64,000 nucleotides of DNA. It comes from Alphaproteobacteria bacterium. Its GTDB lineage: Bacteria; Pseudomonadota; Alphaproteobacteria; MPNO01; UBA830. The notes beneath the pieces are model-generated. The model saw nothing but the letters and a program-made list of their open reading frames with translations. It ran no database searches and was not told the origin of the DNA. The translations under genes were made by a program, and so were the position numbers. The stretch is taken from contig OZ219791.1 of NCBI GenBank assembly GCA_964291215.2, positions 2,656,001-2,720,000 on the forward strand. Direction: 5' to 3'. Shown piece by piece: positions 40,776 through 52,265 of the stretch; within the stretch, counting starts at the first letter, position 1; every line of letters starts with the position of its first letter.

Positions 40776-41480
40776 ATGACAGAAAGAAACGGAATTTTCA
40801 TCTTCACCATTCTGGCATTTGCCGTCTTGATGCTCAACTTCCCCGCAGCAGCACAGCCTGTCAAGAAATCGAGGTCCGGTATTTGTCACTGTCTAGGCGG
40901 GAAATACTATGGCCGGACGAAGAATTTTACATCCTATTCCAGTATCGAGAAATGTTTGGCCGCTGGCGGTCGCCATCCTAAAGGAGGTCAGGGCGATTGC
41001 AGCAAAGCATCGGGTACGCAATCGAAACCGGAAAGGTCAAGTAACAGCGGACCTGCTCGGCAGTTCGATAGATCCTTGCGCATCGTCGATGGCGACACCA
41101 TTGTGATTTCCAGGATTGAAACTCGCTTGCACGGCATCGATGCTCCGGAGGCGCGACAGTCTTGCAGAGACGACCGGGGCAAGGCATACCCTTGCGGCCA
41201 GCGCGCCACAGAGGCACTGACTTTACTTGCCGCCGGCGGTGTCAGTTGCGATATGGAAATGAAACCGGACAAATACGGACGCAAGATCAGTACATGCTAT
41301 GCCGTTGGCGGCCGGAACGTCAATGCGCTCATGGTCCGCATGGGCTACGCCCTGGCATATCGACAATACTCGACGGATTATGTTGCTGAGGAAGAGAAGG
41401 CCCGCGCTGCGCGCAAGGGCATGCACGGGGGCGAGTTCGTTGCACCATGGGAATGGCGCCGCGGCAAGCGGCTGCCTTAG
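40776..41480 (+). CDS. Secreted thermonuclease (SNase) with N-terminal Cys-rich domain
   Basis: Signal peptide; VKKSRSGICHC...CLAAGG; IVDGDTI, RLHGIDAPE, DKYGR, YALAYRQYS, PWEWR. Confidence 0.9.
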   Translation: MTERNGIFIFTILAFAVLMLNFPAAAQPVKKSRSGICHCLGGKYYGRTKNFTSYSSIEKCLAAGGRHPKGGQGDCSKASGTQSKPERSSNSGPARQFDRSLRIVDGDTIVISRIETRLHGIDAPEARQSCRDDRGKAYPCGQRATEALTLLAAGGVSCDMEMKPDKYGRKISTCYAVGGRNVNALMVRMGYALAYRQYSTDYVAEEEKARAARKGMHGGEFVAPWEWRRGKRLP

Positions 41481-41610
41481 TACGTGGATTTTTCCTTCTG
41501 CTTCTGTCTTTTTGTCGATATTCTGCGTATCCGTCGCGGCCATTTCAGAGAGTTATTTGATTTGAGAAGGCCGTGATTCAGCATTTTCATGAGGGACTGG
41601 CGGCGGCTGA

Positions 41611-43767
41611 CTAGGTCTGCCGAGTAATGACAATTACGACGTGACGTCGCGGGTCTGAATGTATTGCAAGGGTTGCCGCTGTCCGGCCCGGAAGCCGACT
41701 TGATGGCCAAGAACGGCGCTGGGTCGCGCCACATGACCTGGTGTCCGGGCTCGGGTTGCGATTCTGGTACCCGCCGAGATGGGCCACCAGGCGGACGGCA
41801 TCCCCGAGGCGGTCGGCATGCGCTTCTCGGCGGCGTAGTCGCGCAGGAAGCTCAGCTCCTGATCGGTGAACATCAGCTCGGGCTCACAGTCGGGAACCTG
41901 CCGCAGGGTCATGACCATGATGCGCGATGACGGCGTTGATGGCGATGGCCCGCTGCAGTCGTTCTGCGGTCCGGAACAGCAGGAACTCGGTGCGACAGCC
42001 TGACTTGAGGATGCGGAAGAAGTCTTCGACCTTCCACCTCTGGAGGTAGAACCATCCTGGCGGCGTCCTCGGCGCTGCGCACCTTGAGCGTGGTGAGCAG
42101 GAACCACTGCACCGGGTTCTCGGGAGGATCGGTTTCGATGATGTGGACACCGGAAAGGGCGAGCGGCCTTCGAGGGTGGAGGGCAAGGCGGCGGAACCGC
42201 AGTGCGTACTGAGCCACGCGTTTGCGTCGGGCGCCTTCGTTCGGCTCGCCTTCGGACGCTCGCCGTCGACGGTGATGCCGCCTGCGCTCAAGGTTGCAAA
42301 CAGCGCGCCCCTTGCCGAGAACCCGGTCATGCAGGAGCCCGACCCGTGGGTTGATGACAGCTCGAAGAAGTCCGCTTCCCGATCACGGACCGAGATCACC
42401 CGCGTCGTGACGTCGCGAACCGCTTCGTCGATGTCCTTGAAGCCTTCCGCGCCGGCTCTTCAACCGCTCCTCGGCCGCCGGGGAGCGCTGCTTCACCGCA
42501 TCGAACCCCAGAACCTCGAGCGGCAACCCCGTCTCGCTCACCGCCAGCGTCGCATGCAGGCCCCGGGCCGACGAGGAGGTCTGGTTCTTGCCGATGACCT
42601 GCAGACCTTCGCATCCGCCGGGAGAAATCGAGGTCGCTGGATTGCCAGCACGGTCGTTTGGCCCCGGATCGTGCGCTCCCGATGCGGAGCAAGAATGTTC
42701 GCCACCGCACTCTACACCGGCTTCTCGATCAAGCGGCAGAAAGCACTGATCGCCGTGTTGTCGGCATCCGTGCTCGCGTGAATCCGGGACAGGAGGCCAG
42801 AAGAGCCGCACTCTTCACCAGGCGTGCCGACAGTCGCTTGTCACCCGCCCCTCCGAATTCGTTCACCGCCCACACCGCACCATCCAGACCGTCTCCGGGC
42901 CCCGGCAGGAGCGACCGGACCCACCCCCAGCTTGCGTCGCCGATCCAGACCGCGCATCCATTGACCGTCTTGGCAGCGCGATGGTGACGATCCTGACGAC
43001 CCTTCGTCCGCCCCGCACACACGAAGTTCGCAGCCCGCAGGCAGGTCCCGGCCCTCGTCCGCACAGGTTTCCACCACCAAGGGACGGAATCCATACCGGG
43101 CCTCGAAGTCCCTCGGCAGACGCCGGAGAAGCCGCCCCGGAACATGGCTCCCGGCACCGCACCCGAAGCAGAAACCGACTCGGACAGACCACCCGATGAT
43201 CCCGTCGCCGGGACGGCGCCATCCAGCGGTCGCGGGCCCGTCAACGCCGCCGCCGAGATCCCGACCGCACCCAGGATCCCGTGCTCCGAAGTCACAAGAT
43301 AGCGCACCTGACAGCCGGCAAACGTCGTCATGCCATGAGGATGCTCGCGCGCCGTGTTCCATACCGTTCGCTCCGAAACCTCGGTCACCACCGACAACCG
43401 CACCTGCGCAATCCCTGACAGACGGGACGGCACCCCGACAGGCACTTCTCCGTCAAGAAGACGCGGAGAGTTGTCCACGGCAGCAGCCTGCGCCGCCGGA
43501 AGCCGGATCTCACGACGATGCCAACGTGGTCAGGGCCTTCAGACAACTCGACAGCTGCCAACGCCCGGCCGCGTCCCGGAACGAAAACTCTTCGCATATG
43601 GCTCGCAGCCCGACGGCCAGAGTGCTGCTCCTGCGACAGGATGGCAGCAACGCGCGCCCCGTCCTCGCGTAGAGTGTGAAGAATGCTGGATCGTGCCATC
43701 ATGGCTGCAAGCTGGCGCAGACCGAGCGGCACGTCCAGACCTAATTTTCATGACATGGCAGGACTAG
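41611..43767 (-). mobile_element. Decayed IS4 (Tn5/IS50-like) element encoding a DUF4338-transposase fusion
   Basis: Imperfect TIRs CTAGTCCTGCCATGTCATGAAAA / CTAGGTCTGCCGAGTAATGACAA; DUF4338 motifs (GCQVRYLV, DFEARYG.RP.VVET, GTCLRAANF..GRT.GR) followed by GDKRL..RL, DREAD, WFLLTT, RW.VEDFFRILKSGC. Confidence 0.85.
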
Positions 43768-43921
43768 GTCGTGAAGCCCCGAGATCGGTTGCGTCAGAAT
43801 TTGCAATTTTTGGCAAGCATCGAAGTGGAGCTTTTCATAGGCTGTAAGGCGAATATAGTTCTGCGACTTATTTGAGTTATACAGAATTGATATAATTTTA
43901 CTGTTACCCTGTTCGATTAAC

Positions 43922-44272
43922 TTGACCAAGTGTCGGCTGCAGGATTTTTTGACTGTTTCCGGTAGTAAGCCTTTACAGGATAGAAGACGGATTGAGAGTG
44001 TGCTAAATTGGTCGACATTTGGCAAAGAATTTGTTGTCGAAAGGCTCTGGAAAATATCGGAGAAAGAAGGAGTTTTTTGCTCCGGAAAATCTGCTAATTT
44101 AAGTAGTGTGCGACGTATACTTTTTCTGGCCGAGTCTCAGTCAAGCGATCCAGAGGAATATTACTCGATATTCCATTCTATGACTTCGGCAGGAGAAAGA
44201 ATGTGGTCCATGAGAGATCCTTGGCTTGGTCCGAATGGTATATGGCGGACTGACGTTGCCGCAAACCATTGA
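43922..44272 (+). CDS. AT-rich hypothetical protein (possible fragment)
   Basis: 116-aa ORF in a visibly low-GC segment; no recognisable motif. Confidence 0.3.
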   Translation: MTKCRLQDFLTVSGSKPLQDRRRIESVLNWSTFGKEFVVERLWKISEKEGVFCSGKSANLSSVRRILFLAESQSSDPEEYYSIFHSMTSAGERMWSMRDPWLGPNGIWRTDVAANH

Positions 44273-46729
44273 TTGTTCTCGCCTCACGTGGCGGTGTATT
44301 CATTGGTGACCGTCGGTTCTCGACTGAGCCGCGCTCGCCAGTCCCGAATCGTTGCAAGCTCGATCCCCGCTGTGGCGGCGGCGGCCCGGTCGAGGGCATC
44401 GCGCAGGTCGTCGTCCGCCGCGTTCTTCCAGGGTTCGACCGGCATACCCTTGGTCTGCTCGAACGCTTCGGCAAGCGCAACTGCGCTTGATGTCCTGAAG
44501 TCCGGAACGGGCAGCGTGGCAAGCTCGGCCTGCGAAAACGACGGGTTGGTCAACTTCGTTCCTCGCCTCATCAGGAAGCCGAGCGCACCGAGTGTGCTGC
44601 TGCACCAGGCACACAGCGCCCTCGTCCCTTCTGTGCTTGTATCCTGGATGGGAACCCACATCGACCCCAGAGCCGGCCGGCCGCTGAAAATCGCGAGAAG
44701 CCGGCCGGAAGTCGTGTTGAACTTCGCCGCCAGCAGGATGTATCCGGCCTGTTGCCGGTAGCGGGCGGCGAGCGCCGGCTTCTTGTCCGTCACCGCCTGT
44801 TCCGGAACCGCCTCCATCGTCGTCCGCAGATCCTTCGAGCGTCCCCAGAACACGCGGTAGCCGTCGCCATCATTCTCAACCGGACGAAACGCGTCCCGAA
44901 TCCGCCGCCCCGCCGGACCCAGCCGATATTGGCTTCCCAGCGGCACGAGCGATGTCTCCCGTTCGAGACGCATGGCGGCGCCAACCAGCTCCGGATCCAG
45001 AAACTGGCAGGGCCGCCAGTCTCCCGCTCGGACCTGCATCTCCGGCTGTTCGTAAACGGTAAACCACTCGCTCACAGCACCCATTTCGATGGCTTCTGCA
45101 GCCTTGATCGCTTCCTCGGGCGTTGCGGGCATGGTGCGCAGCGCAACGAAGCGGGTAGGCTGAGCCTTGCCGGCGCCGTCTTCGTTCCGACGACGGCATA
45201 TCAGCAGCGATTCATGAATCGCGGTGTTCTCGCTGAAGTTGGGTCGGCGCGGATCGTGGCTGGTCACGACGGTTTCGATCTGGAAGCGCTCGGCAAGAAA
45301 GCGGCGTTCCGCCGTCCCGCTTGGGCCAGTGCAAGCTGTGGTGGGAATAACCATGGCAAGCAGGCCAGAGGCGTTCCGGACGAGCATATCCGCAAGGGGA
45401 GTGAAAAATGTCCGGATGCTGTTCGCCGTCACGGCGGCGCCCGCAAGCGGGTCTCTCTGCGCAAGCCGCGTCTGCATGTCGAGTTGGTAGCGCTGCATGG
45501 CCTTGCGACCGTCGGCGCCGTACTTCCTGCTTCGGTTCTCGTTCGCGGTGAACGGCGCGTTCATGATCACAGCGTCGAGGTTCCGCAGCGGGAACCGGAT
45601 CTCCGTACTTTCGTTGACTTGGGCGGCATCCAGGCCTTCGAGCGACCGGGGCGGCGCGATCAAGGACGCAAGGCTTGCCCGGGAGTCTTCCGTCGCCGTC
45701 AGGATCTCCAGCGATCCCGCCTTCGGCGGTCCTTCCGCCTGCGGACCATGAGGCATGGTGACCAGATTCATGCGCGCATAATCGACGGTCGGGGCACCGA
45801 GGGTCATGTTGCACGCGGCCAACTGGATTCCGTGCTGGTTGATGTCGAGACCGCAGAGAACATCCTCCACGAGATGCCTGTGCAGGGCGTTTCGATCCGC
45901 GTCGCTCATCTCCCCGGATTCGGAGACCCGGGCCTTGATGGTCTGGAAGGCGGCCATGAGCAGCGTTCCGGTCCCGCACGCAGGATCGATGAGCCGGAGT
46001 TTCCCCACGGCTTGCGGATCGGACCAGTCGATCAGATCCCGGGCAAGACGCGCCAGCATGACCGCCGACAGGTTGTTGGTATAGAACGCCCCGTCGCTCT
46101 TCGCGGAGCCGAGGATGCGATGGTAGAGCGGTCCCGCGTGGTCGTAGCCGAGATCGCTGAGCGAGTCGGCGACGCGATTGGCGCACTCGGCAAGCATGCG
46201 GATGGTGTCGTCGATGGCCTTGCTTTCGCGCAAGGCGGCCAGCACCGCGAGCGCGGGGCGGAACACCGGCGCATAGTCCTTTTCGAGGATCGCCTCCCAC
46301 GCGACTTCAAGGACCTCTCCGGGATGCTTCGCCCCCGAAACCTTGTCAAGCCGCACGATGGTCTTCATCTCCGGTTCGTCGCGCAGCCGGCGCTGCAGCA
46401 GGCAGGCGTTGCAGAGCATGAGCGCGGCGACCGTGCAGACCCCCTTCGCGCCGCCGTCGTCTTCGGGCACGAGGTCAAGCGCTGCCGCGAGCGGTTCCTC
46501 CATCGCTTCGTCCTGAAGCACGGTGCTGGCGTGACGGACTGCGTCGGTAATCTCATCCGCGACGACCTGCCCGGGCTTGCCGAGCCCCGACGCCGCGGCG
46601 ACATGTGCGTAAATCCCCTGCTCGGCCTCCTTCAGATCAAGTTCACGCTGGATGTACTCTCCTTCTGTCTCTCGAACCTGGCCGCCGGCCGATTCCCCCG
46701 GTGCCGTCGCGCCGGACTGTTCGTAAACC

Positions 46730-48195
46730 GTATCTACTCACCCCTAGTTGGGTTCCGATTGGTCGTGGTGCTCGTTGATGATGTCTGCGGCTTTTCCGTC
46801 GAGGGCGATCTGGGTGGCGACGTGATGATTGTAGCCGAGTGTGGCCATGGAGGTGAGGTAGCTTGAGCCCCATGCTTTTGCGTGGAGCGGAAGCATCCGG
46901 ACACCTTGACCTTTGCCATCCTGATCTTCTGTTCTCCGGCATTGTTGGTGAAGCTGACGTCGGGGTTGTCTGTGAAGCGCAGGTTTTCGTGTTTCACGAG
47001 ACGTTCGTGCAGGTTGTGCGCGTTTGCTATGCGTTTTCCTTTCGGCGGGATGTCGGGCAGTTCCCTGGCGCCCTGATGGTGCGGTAGCGCCCGGCCTCGT
47101 TCAGAGTCCTGGATGCGCTCTTGTTGACCTTGTGGCAGACCTCGCGGAGCAGGCTCTTCATCAGTCGCGCGGCAGCCTCGACGACGAAGGTCAGTTCGCG
47201 CAGCAGGTGGCTGCCGCACAACTGGTGGCTACACTGCCATGTACGAGGCCCAGGACGCCCTTGTAGCACGGGCCGATCTCTTGCCCGCGCTTGCGGTGCG
47301 GGAACTTGCACGTCCCGACGACATGGAGCCACTTGCTGTTGATCCGAAATCGTCGACATCGGGCGTTGCAGGAGGTGCGCCACGGCGGCCTCCTCCCATG
47401 ACGCATCGTGAAAGCATGGCCGAGGCCTCGGAGAGCTTGATATCGCCTGCACGAGCGCGACGGCGCAGGGACAGCATCCGGGCGACCAGCAGGTTGATGA
47501 CGAGGGCCTGGATGCCGTACTGCACGGGATGTTGTCGGGGAACCGGGCCTTGCACTTCGGGCATTCCTCGGCGTCGACGCGGCGCGACCTCGAACACGAT
47601 GTCGTGCGGCGCTCGACGGGGTCGGCGCCGCAGGCGTCGCAGGCCGCGACCGTCTCCTCGACGATGGCAGGTTGTCGCCCATCTGCCGGTTCGGCTTCGG
47701 GCCCTTGCTCCCGGCACGCTCTTGTCCGTCTGTGACGGCGGCAGACCGGAGTTCCGGCTCGTGCGTGGTCTTCTCCAGAAGGACGACGATGAGGATGTCG
47801 AGGATCACGGCCTCTTCCGCCACCTTGCCGGCAGCGCCGCGGTCCTGGCCGCTTCGAACTCCTCGCGCGCCGCCCGTCGCCATCACCCGGCCTCGACGGT
47901 CATGATCGTTGCGAGCATCGCCTGGCGCTCGCCCGGCGGCATCTTCCGGTACTCCGCCTTGCGCTTCATCAGCGCGCCGCCTCCGAGATGCGTTTCCACA
48001 TACAGATCATGCGGAGGCTGGAGCCCCGGAAGCAGCTGGCACAGCCCGCTCGTCGCCTTCGATCCAAAGTAGCCCACTGGCGGTCCCCGTCGTTCTTGAT
48101 GACCACCACTAAACGAATCGGGTGTCAAATCTCCACGAAAACCCGTTCGTTACTCTACCCCGACATCAAGCCGGAACCAGGGGGTGAGCAGTTAC
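46730..48195 (-). mobile_element. IS66-family element (decayed TnpC) with Dam-like methyltransferase cargo
   Basis: TIRs GTAACTGCTCACCCC / GTATCTACTCACCCC; 8-bp TSD CGTAAACC at 46722-46729 and 48196-48203; TnpC motifs HQLCGSHLLREL, FTNNAGEQKIRMAKVK, SGCFRS. Confidence 0.92.
47883..48077 (-). pseudogene. Dam/D12-class DNA adenine methyltransferase remnant inside IS66
   Basis: GYFGSK...PPHDLYVETHLGGGA (motif X/I-like), joined by an internal deletion to a short C-terminus; no DPPY-type motif left. Confidence 0.75.
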
Positions 48196-50276
48196 CGTAA
48201 ACCTTAATGAAATTGGCAGGAGACTCCGCAAGGCGCCCGTCGTGGGCCTGGAGCGCTCGCAGCACCCGCCCGACCGTCCTGTAGCCCTCCGTGCCTCGCT
48301 CAAGCGCGGCCACGACATCCTGGTCCGGTGCGACGACAACCGGAATGATGATGTAGCCGAAGCGCTTCCCCGGCGCCTTTCGCATCACCCGTCCGACCGC
48401 CTGCACGACATCGACCTGGCTGTCCCGGGGGTCAAGGAAGGCAACGGCGTCGAGCGACGGCACATCCACGCCTTCGGTAAAGAGCTTGACGTTGCACACC
48501 ACCCGGCATTCCCCGTCCGCGTCGGCATGGGCCAGCGTGCGAAGTTCCTGATTGCGTTGCAGCGCGCTGGACGATGCATCGAGGTGCTGCGCGACAACTT
48601 TCATCGCCCGTCCGGCCTGCATTCGCCGGGTGGTGGCCCTCAGGACCTCGCTCTCCATGAGCGCTTCTGCATACCACTTCGAACGCGCAATGCTGTTGGC
48701 AAACGCCATCGTGCGCGGGAGCTTGCCCGGCTGCTCCAGCGCCTTGCCTTCGGTAACGCCATTCAAGGCGAGCGAGACGCCAAGCACGCGCGTCATGTCG
48801 TTGGTGGTCGGCGCCTGCTTGCCCTCCGCCGACTGGTCGATCCCTTCGAGGCGTCGCCGCAAGCCGGGCGTCACGCTCCCCTCGCCGACGCCGAGGACAA
48901 TCACCCGATAGTCGGAGAGCATGTCGTGATTTACGGCCTTGGCGAACGGCAGCCGATGAAGCTCCGGCCCGTAGACTTCGTAGTCACCCATGTCGACAAC
49001 GGCGATCCCCTGTTCGGCGAGCCTGCCCCTGGAGCGTTCGGTGTAGAGCCGCGGCGTGGCCGTCATGTAGAGGCGCTTGTGAGACTTCAGCCGCGCGTCG
49101 TCGTGAAACTCCTGGAAATCGACCTTGCGGCCATTGCCGGACTTGCGTCCGTCGAGAACCGCTCCGGTCGTGCGGTGTGCCTCGTCGGCGATGGCGAGAT
49201 CGAATGCCGGTGCGCCATGCAGCGCCTGAGCCTCGGTCACTCGCCCCAACGAATGGTAGGTGCAGAACACGACACGGGTCGCGCCGTTGCCGACGAGCGA
49301 CTGCGCGATCTCGCCGGGATCCGTCGTCACCGGGCATTCAAGCTCGGAGATCCGGATATCCTCGTTCTCGTTGCGTCCACCGGCCGTCGGGTCCGAATAC
49401 ACCACGATGCATGCAAGCTTGCGCGTCGTCTGACGCAGCCACTCCCGCCGCGCCTGCGAAACCAGCGCGATGGTCGGGGCGGCAAACAGGATCCGTTGTC
49501 CGTCCTCGACGATTTGCTCGGCGATGCGAAGGGACGTGAATGTCTTGCCCGTACCGCACGCCATGATGAGGCGGCCCCGGTCGTGGTTGGCAAGCCCGGT
49601 TGCCATGTCCTCTATCGCGTCGGACTGAAGCGGCCATGGCGCCTGCACCGGGCGCCCGGCATCCCGCTCCTCGACCTGAACGTCGAGATACTGTCTGAAG
49701 TCGATTTGCCTGGCTTCGGGATGGGCGTTCTGGATCGCACGCTCCGCGTTCGGCCCCCATCTGCAAGTCGCCACGACCCACCGCAGGCGGAAGACCGGCT
49801 GTTGCGAGCCGCCGAGAAACTTGTCGATCCCGCTTTTGCCGAGCACATGCCGGTCGTCGTAGCACTTGCACTGAACAGCGACCCACTCGCCGGAGGAGCG
49901 TCGCGCCACCAGATCGATCCCGATGTCGCGCCCGTCAAGTCCGGTCAATGTCTCGCGCTCGGGCCACTCCGCCCAGCGCCAGATTCCGTCGATCTCGAAC
50001 TCCGGTTCCTGATACGCGATCCGCACGAACAACTGTTCGAACCAGCGTCCCTTCTCGGCCTCATCGCGGCTTTCCTTGCGAATGCGATCGAGAATGGCAC
50101 GTGCGCTCGGCCTTCCTGCGAGGTCCAGATTCATCTGACCTTCCGTCACGGCCTGGAGCATCGCGACTCCTCGACCGCGGCGGTTCGGATGAGCGCATAC
50201 GATCGGATCTCGCATGCCAGCGCCGGTCCAATGGGTTGCTCTTCCCGCTCGCGAGCAAAGGCATCGTTTGCGATAC

Positions 50277-50702
50277 TCATCCGGCTGTCCACGGATCGAC
50301 GACCTGGATGTCGATGTCCTTGAAGTCCCGGACGTTGCGCGTCGCCACCGCCATATTCCGGGACCGGGCGATGGCCGCGATCTGGCAGTCTGCCGGCGCG
50401 ATGGGCCGGCCCGCCGAACGGCGCCGCGCCGCGATGTCGGCATATTCCCGCGCCGCTGCGCTGTCGAAGGGAAGGATGCGGCCTTCGAAGGCTTCGCCCA
50501 GCATGCGCTCAATGTCCGCCGTCAGGGTCTCCCGGCGTCGTCCCGCTGCTAAGATCGCCGCGCCATAGCGCAGTTCCGCCTCGCCGATAGCGGAGAAGAA
50601 TAGGTCGTGCAGCGAATGGGCGGCGGCCCAGCCTCCTACTGCCGCATCGGGTGATCGGCGGACCAACTCGGATACTACATTCGTGTCGACCAGTACGGCC
50701 AT
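50277..50702 (-). CDS. vapC: VapC/FitB PIN-domain toxin
   Basis: VDTNVVSE, AELRYG, DCQIAAIA, ATRNVRDF. Confidence 0.93.
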   Translation of the reverse strand: MAVLVDTNVVSELVRRSPDAAVGGWAAAHSLHDLFFSAIGEAELRYGAAILAAGRRRETLTADIERMLGEAFEGRILPFDSAAAREYADIAARRRSAGRPIAPADCQIAAIARSRNMAVATRNVRDFKDIDIQVVDPWTAG

Positions 50703-50712
50703 CGCGCCAAGC

Positions 50713-50955
50713 TCAATCGAAGGACGGCGGCTCGCGCCCGGGCTCGCGCAGCGGCAATTCCAGATCTATCCCGTTGTTCGGCCCGAAATACGAACGGGCA
50801 ATCTCCGCGAGGTTCCGCGTGGGCCGCCCGCGCTCGACAGCCTCGTGTAGAATGATGCGCACTTCTTCCTCCATTGATCGGCGATGCTCGGCGGCACGCA
50901 CGCGCAGGCGCGTCTTCACCTCGTCGTCGAGATTGCGGATCGTGATACTCGCCAT
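50713..50955 (-). CDS. fitA: FitA-like ribbon-helix-helix antitoxin
   Basis: MASITIRNLDDEVKTRLRVRAAEHRRSMEEEVR; directly upstream of the PIN toxin. Confidence 0.9.
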   Translation of the reverse strand: MASITIRNLDDEVKTRLRVRAAEHRRSMEEEVRIILHEAVERGRPTRNLAEIARSYFGPNNGIDLELPLREPGREPPSFD

Positions 50956-51419
50956 GCCCCTGCCCTCCGCCCGTCGGCGCGCCATTCTATCTGCGTCGGC
51001 GATGCCATCAAGGGGTCGCGCATCCCGACCGGCAAGTGCGGGCATGCTCGCGCCACGCCTGCTGGTATCTGTATAGCCATCAAGGCAGCTTCTGCCGATC
51101 ACTGCTCCGGAAGTCTCGCATTGCGAAGAGGCAGGTCGAGATCGTGAGCGGGGCGGTAGTTGGCGCTCAGGAAGGGGACGCAGCCACCATTTTCTTTCAC
51201 CCGACTGGAGGAGCACAGCGTCATGCAGGCCGCACTCGCACCGCGTGGCGACGCGCGCACCTTTCTCACCGACTTCGGCGGCGGCGGCTTTGATGACGAC
51301 CGCTACGTCATCCAGCGCTACCTGTCCCGGGCCGACGGCGTCAGACCGAAAGGACGGCGCAAGCCGTGCCCGGTCATCGTCTTGCTGAAGGTGGTTGAGA
51401 GGATGCGTCCGGCCTGTGA

Positions 51420-51600
51420 CGAGATCATCGGCAGGTGGATTCCTGCACGGAAGCGAACATCGGGGCCAAGCGGCTTGGCAAGGCCGAGCCAACGTTCCGT
51501 CACGCGCAGCAGGATCAGCCCGCCGTCCGACGGGATCCAACTGCTCTCGAAATCAGCGGTCATCCGTGGTTCAACGCCGGAGAAAGGACGACCACGGGCT
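51420..51600 (-). pseudogene. IS1380-family transposase N-terminal fragment
   Basis: TADF....SDGGLILLR..ER.LGL motif. Confidence 0.6.
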
Positions 51601-51672
51601 CGCATGGGCGGATACGGAAGATGCATCATGTGCGCCGCGTCGGTGCTCTGGCTCCCGGGAAATTCGTTCGGC

Positions 51673-52006
51673 CTACTCGGGACCGCGCTTCGGATCGGAT
51701 CGCGATGGCGATGAATTGACGGTGGCCTCGGGCACCAGCGTCGAGACGAACTGCAGAATCTTCTCGACTTCATTCTCGCGCCCGGCGACAATAAGGTCGC
51801 GCCGGAGAATCTGAGCGGCAAACAGCGCGGCCTTGGCGACCTGGACATCAAGCTCGGTGCGCGGCCATCCGCTCCGGTCGAGGGCTTCCATGGCGAGTTC
51901 GACCACCGAGCCGGTTGGCAGAAACCTTGCGCTGCTTGGCGGTTTTTTCGATGCGCCACCATTGCTTCGTCGTGACCCTGATGGTCTTCGTCAATGTCTC
52001 CGCCAT
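51673..52006 (-). pseudogene. Small RHH-like DNA-binding protein, frameshifted
   Basis: MAETLTKTIRVT..QW.RIE..A....SANRL continues after a frameshift near 51905 as VELAMEALDR..WP. Confidence 0.5.
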
Positions 52007-52181
52007 CGGTCTATCCATCCTTTTCGGCAAGATTCGACCAACGTACGGGAATACGACAGCTTCGGGCATCTACAGCGCGTTGACCGCCGAACTGGAGGCC
52101 CGGGCGCTGAATCGGGGCGCATGCCCCACCATCCTTCCCACCCGCACGGCGTATGATGCCACCATACGTCGGGCGGGCCGG

Positions 52182-52265
52182 AGCAGTCAATCTGACTGCT
52201 TTTCAGGATCGAGGCAATCTGCGAGCCTTGGAGAATGGGGGCGAGCAGTCAGATTGACTGCTCGC
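52182..52265. repeat. Two palindromic 19-bp sites in inverted orientation
   Basis: AGCAGTCAATCTGACTGCT (52182-52200) is the exact reverse complement of the core of GCGAGCAGTCAGATTGACTGCTCGC (52241-52265). Confidence 0.85.

Larger units (their letters stand above)
44284..50161 (-). pseudogene. Type ISP-like single-polypeptide RM enzyme (Mrr-like nuclease + SF2 helicase + N6-adenine MTase), interrupted by IS66
   Basis: GIDLV..QCK nuclease; MACGTGKT, DEAH, MTATP, EGVDVP, QAVGRVMR helicase; GAFYT, DPACGTG, MNAPF MTase; removing the IS and one TSD restores one 4404-nt ORF. Confidence 0.9.

Noticed and set aside
44752-50323. Long plus-strand ORFs of 704 aa and 693 aa
   Set aside because: Antisense shadows of the GC-rich RM gene with no motifs
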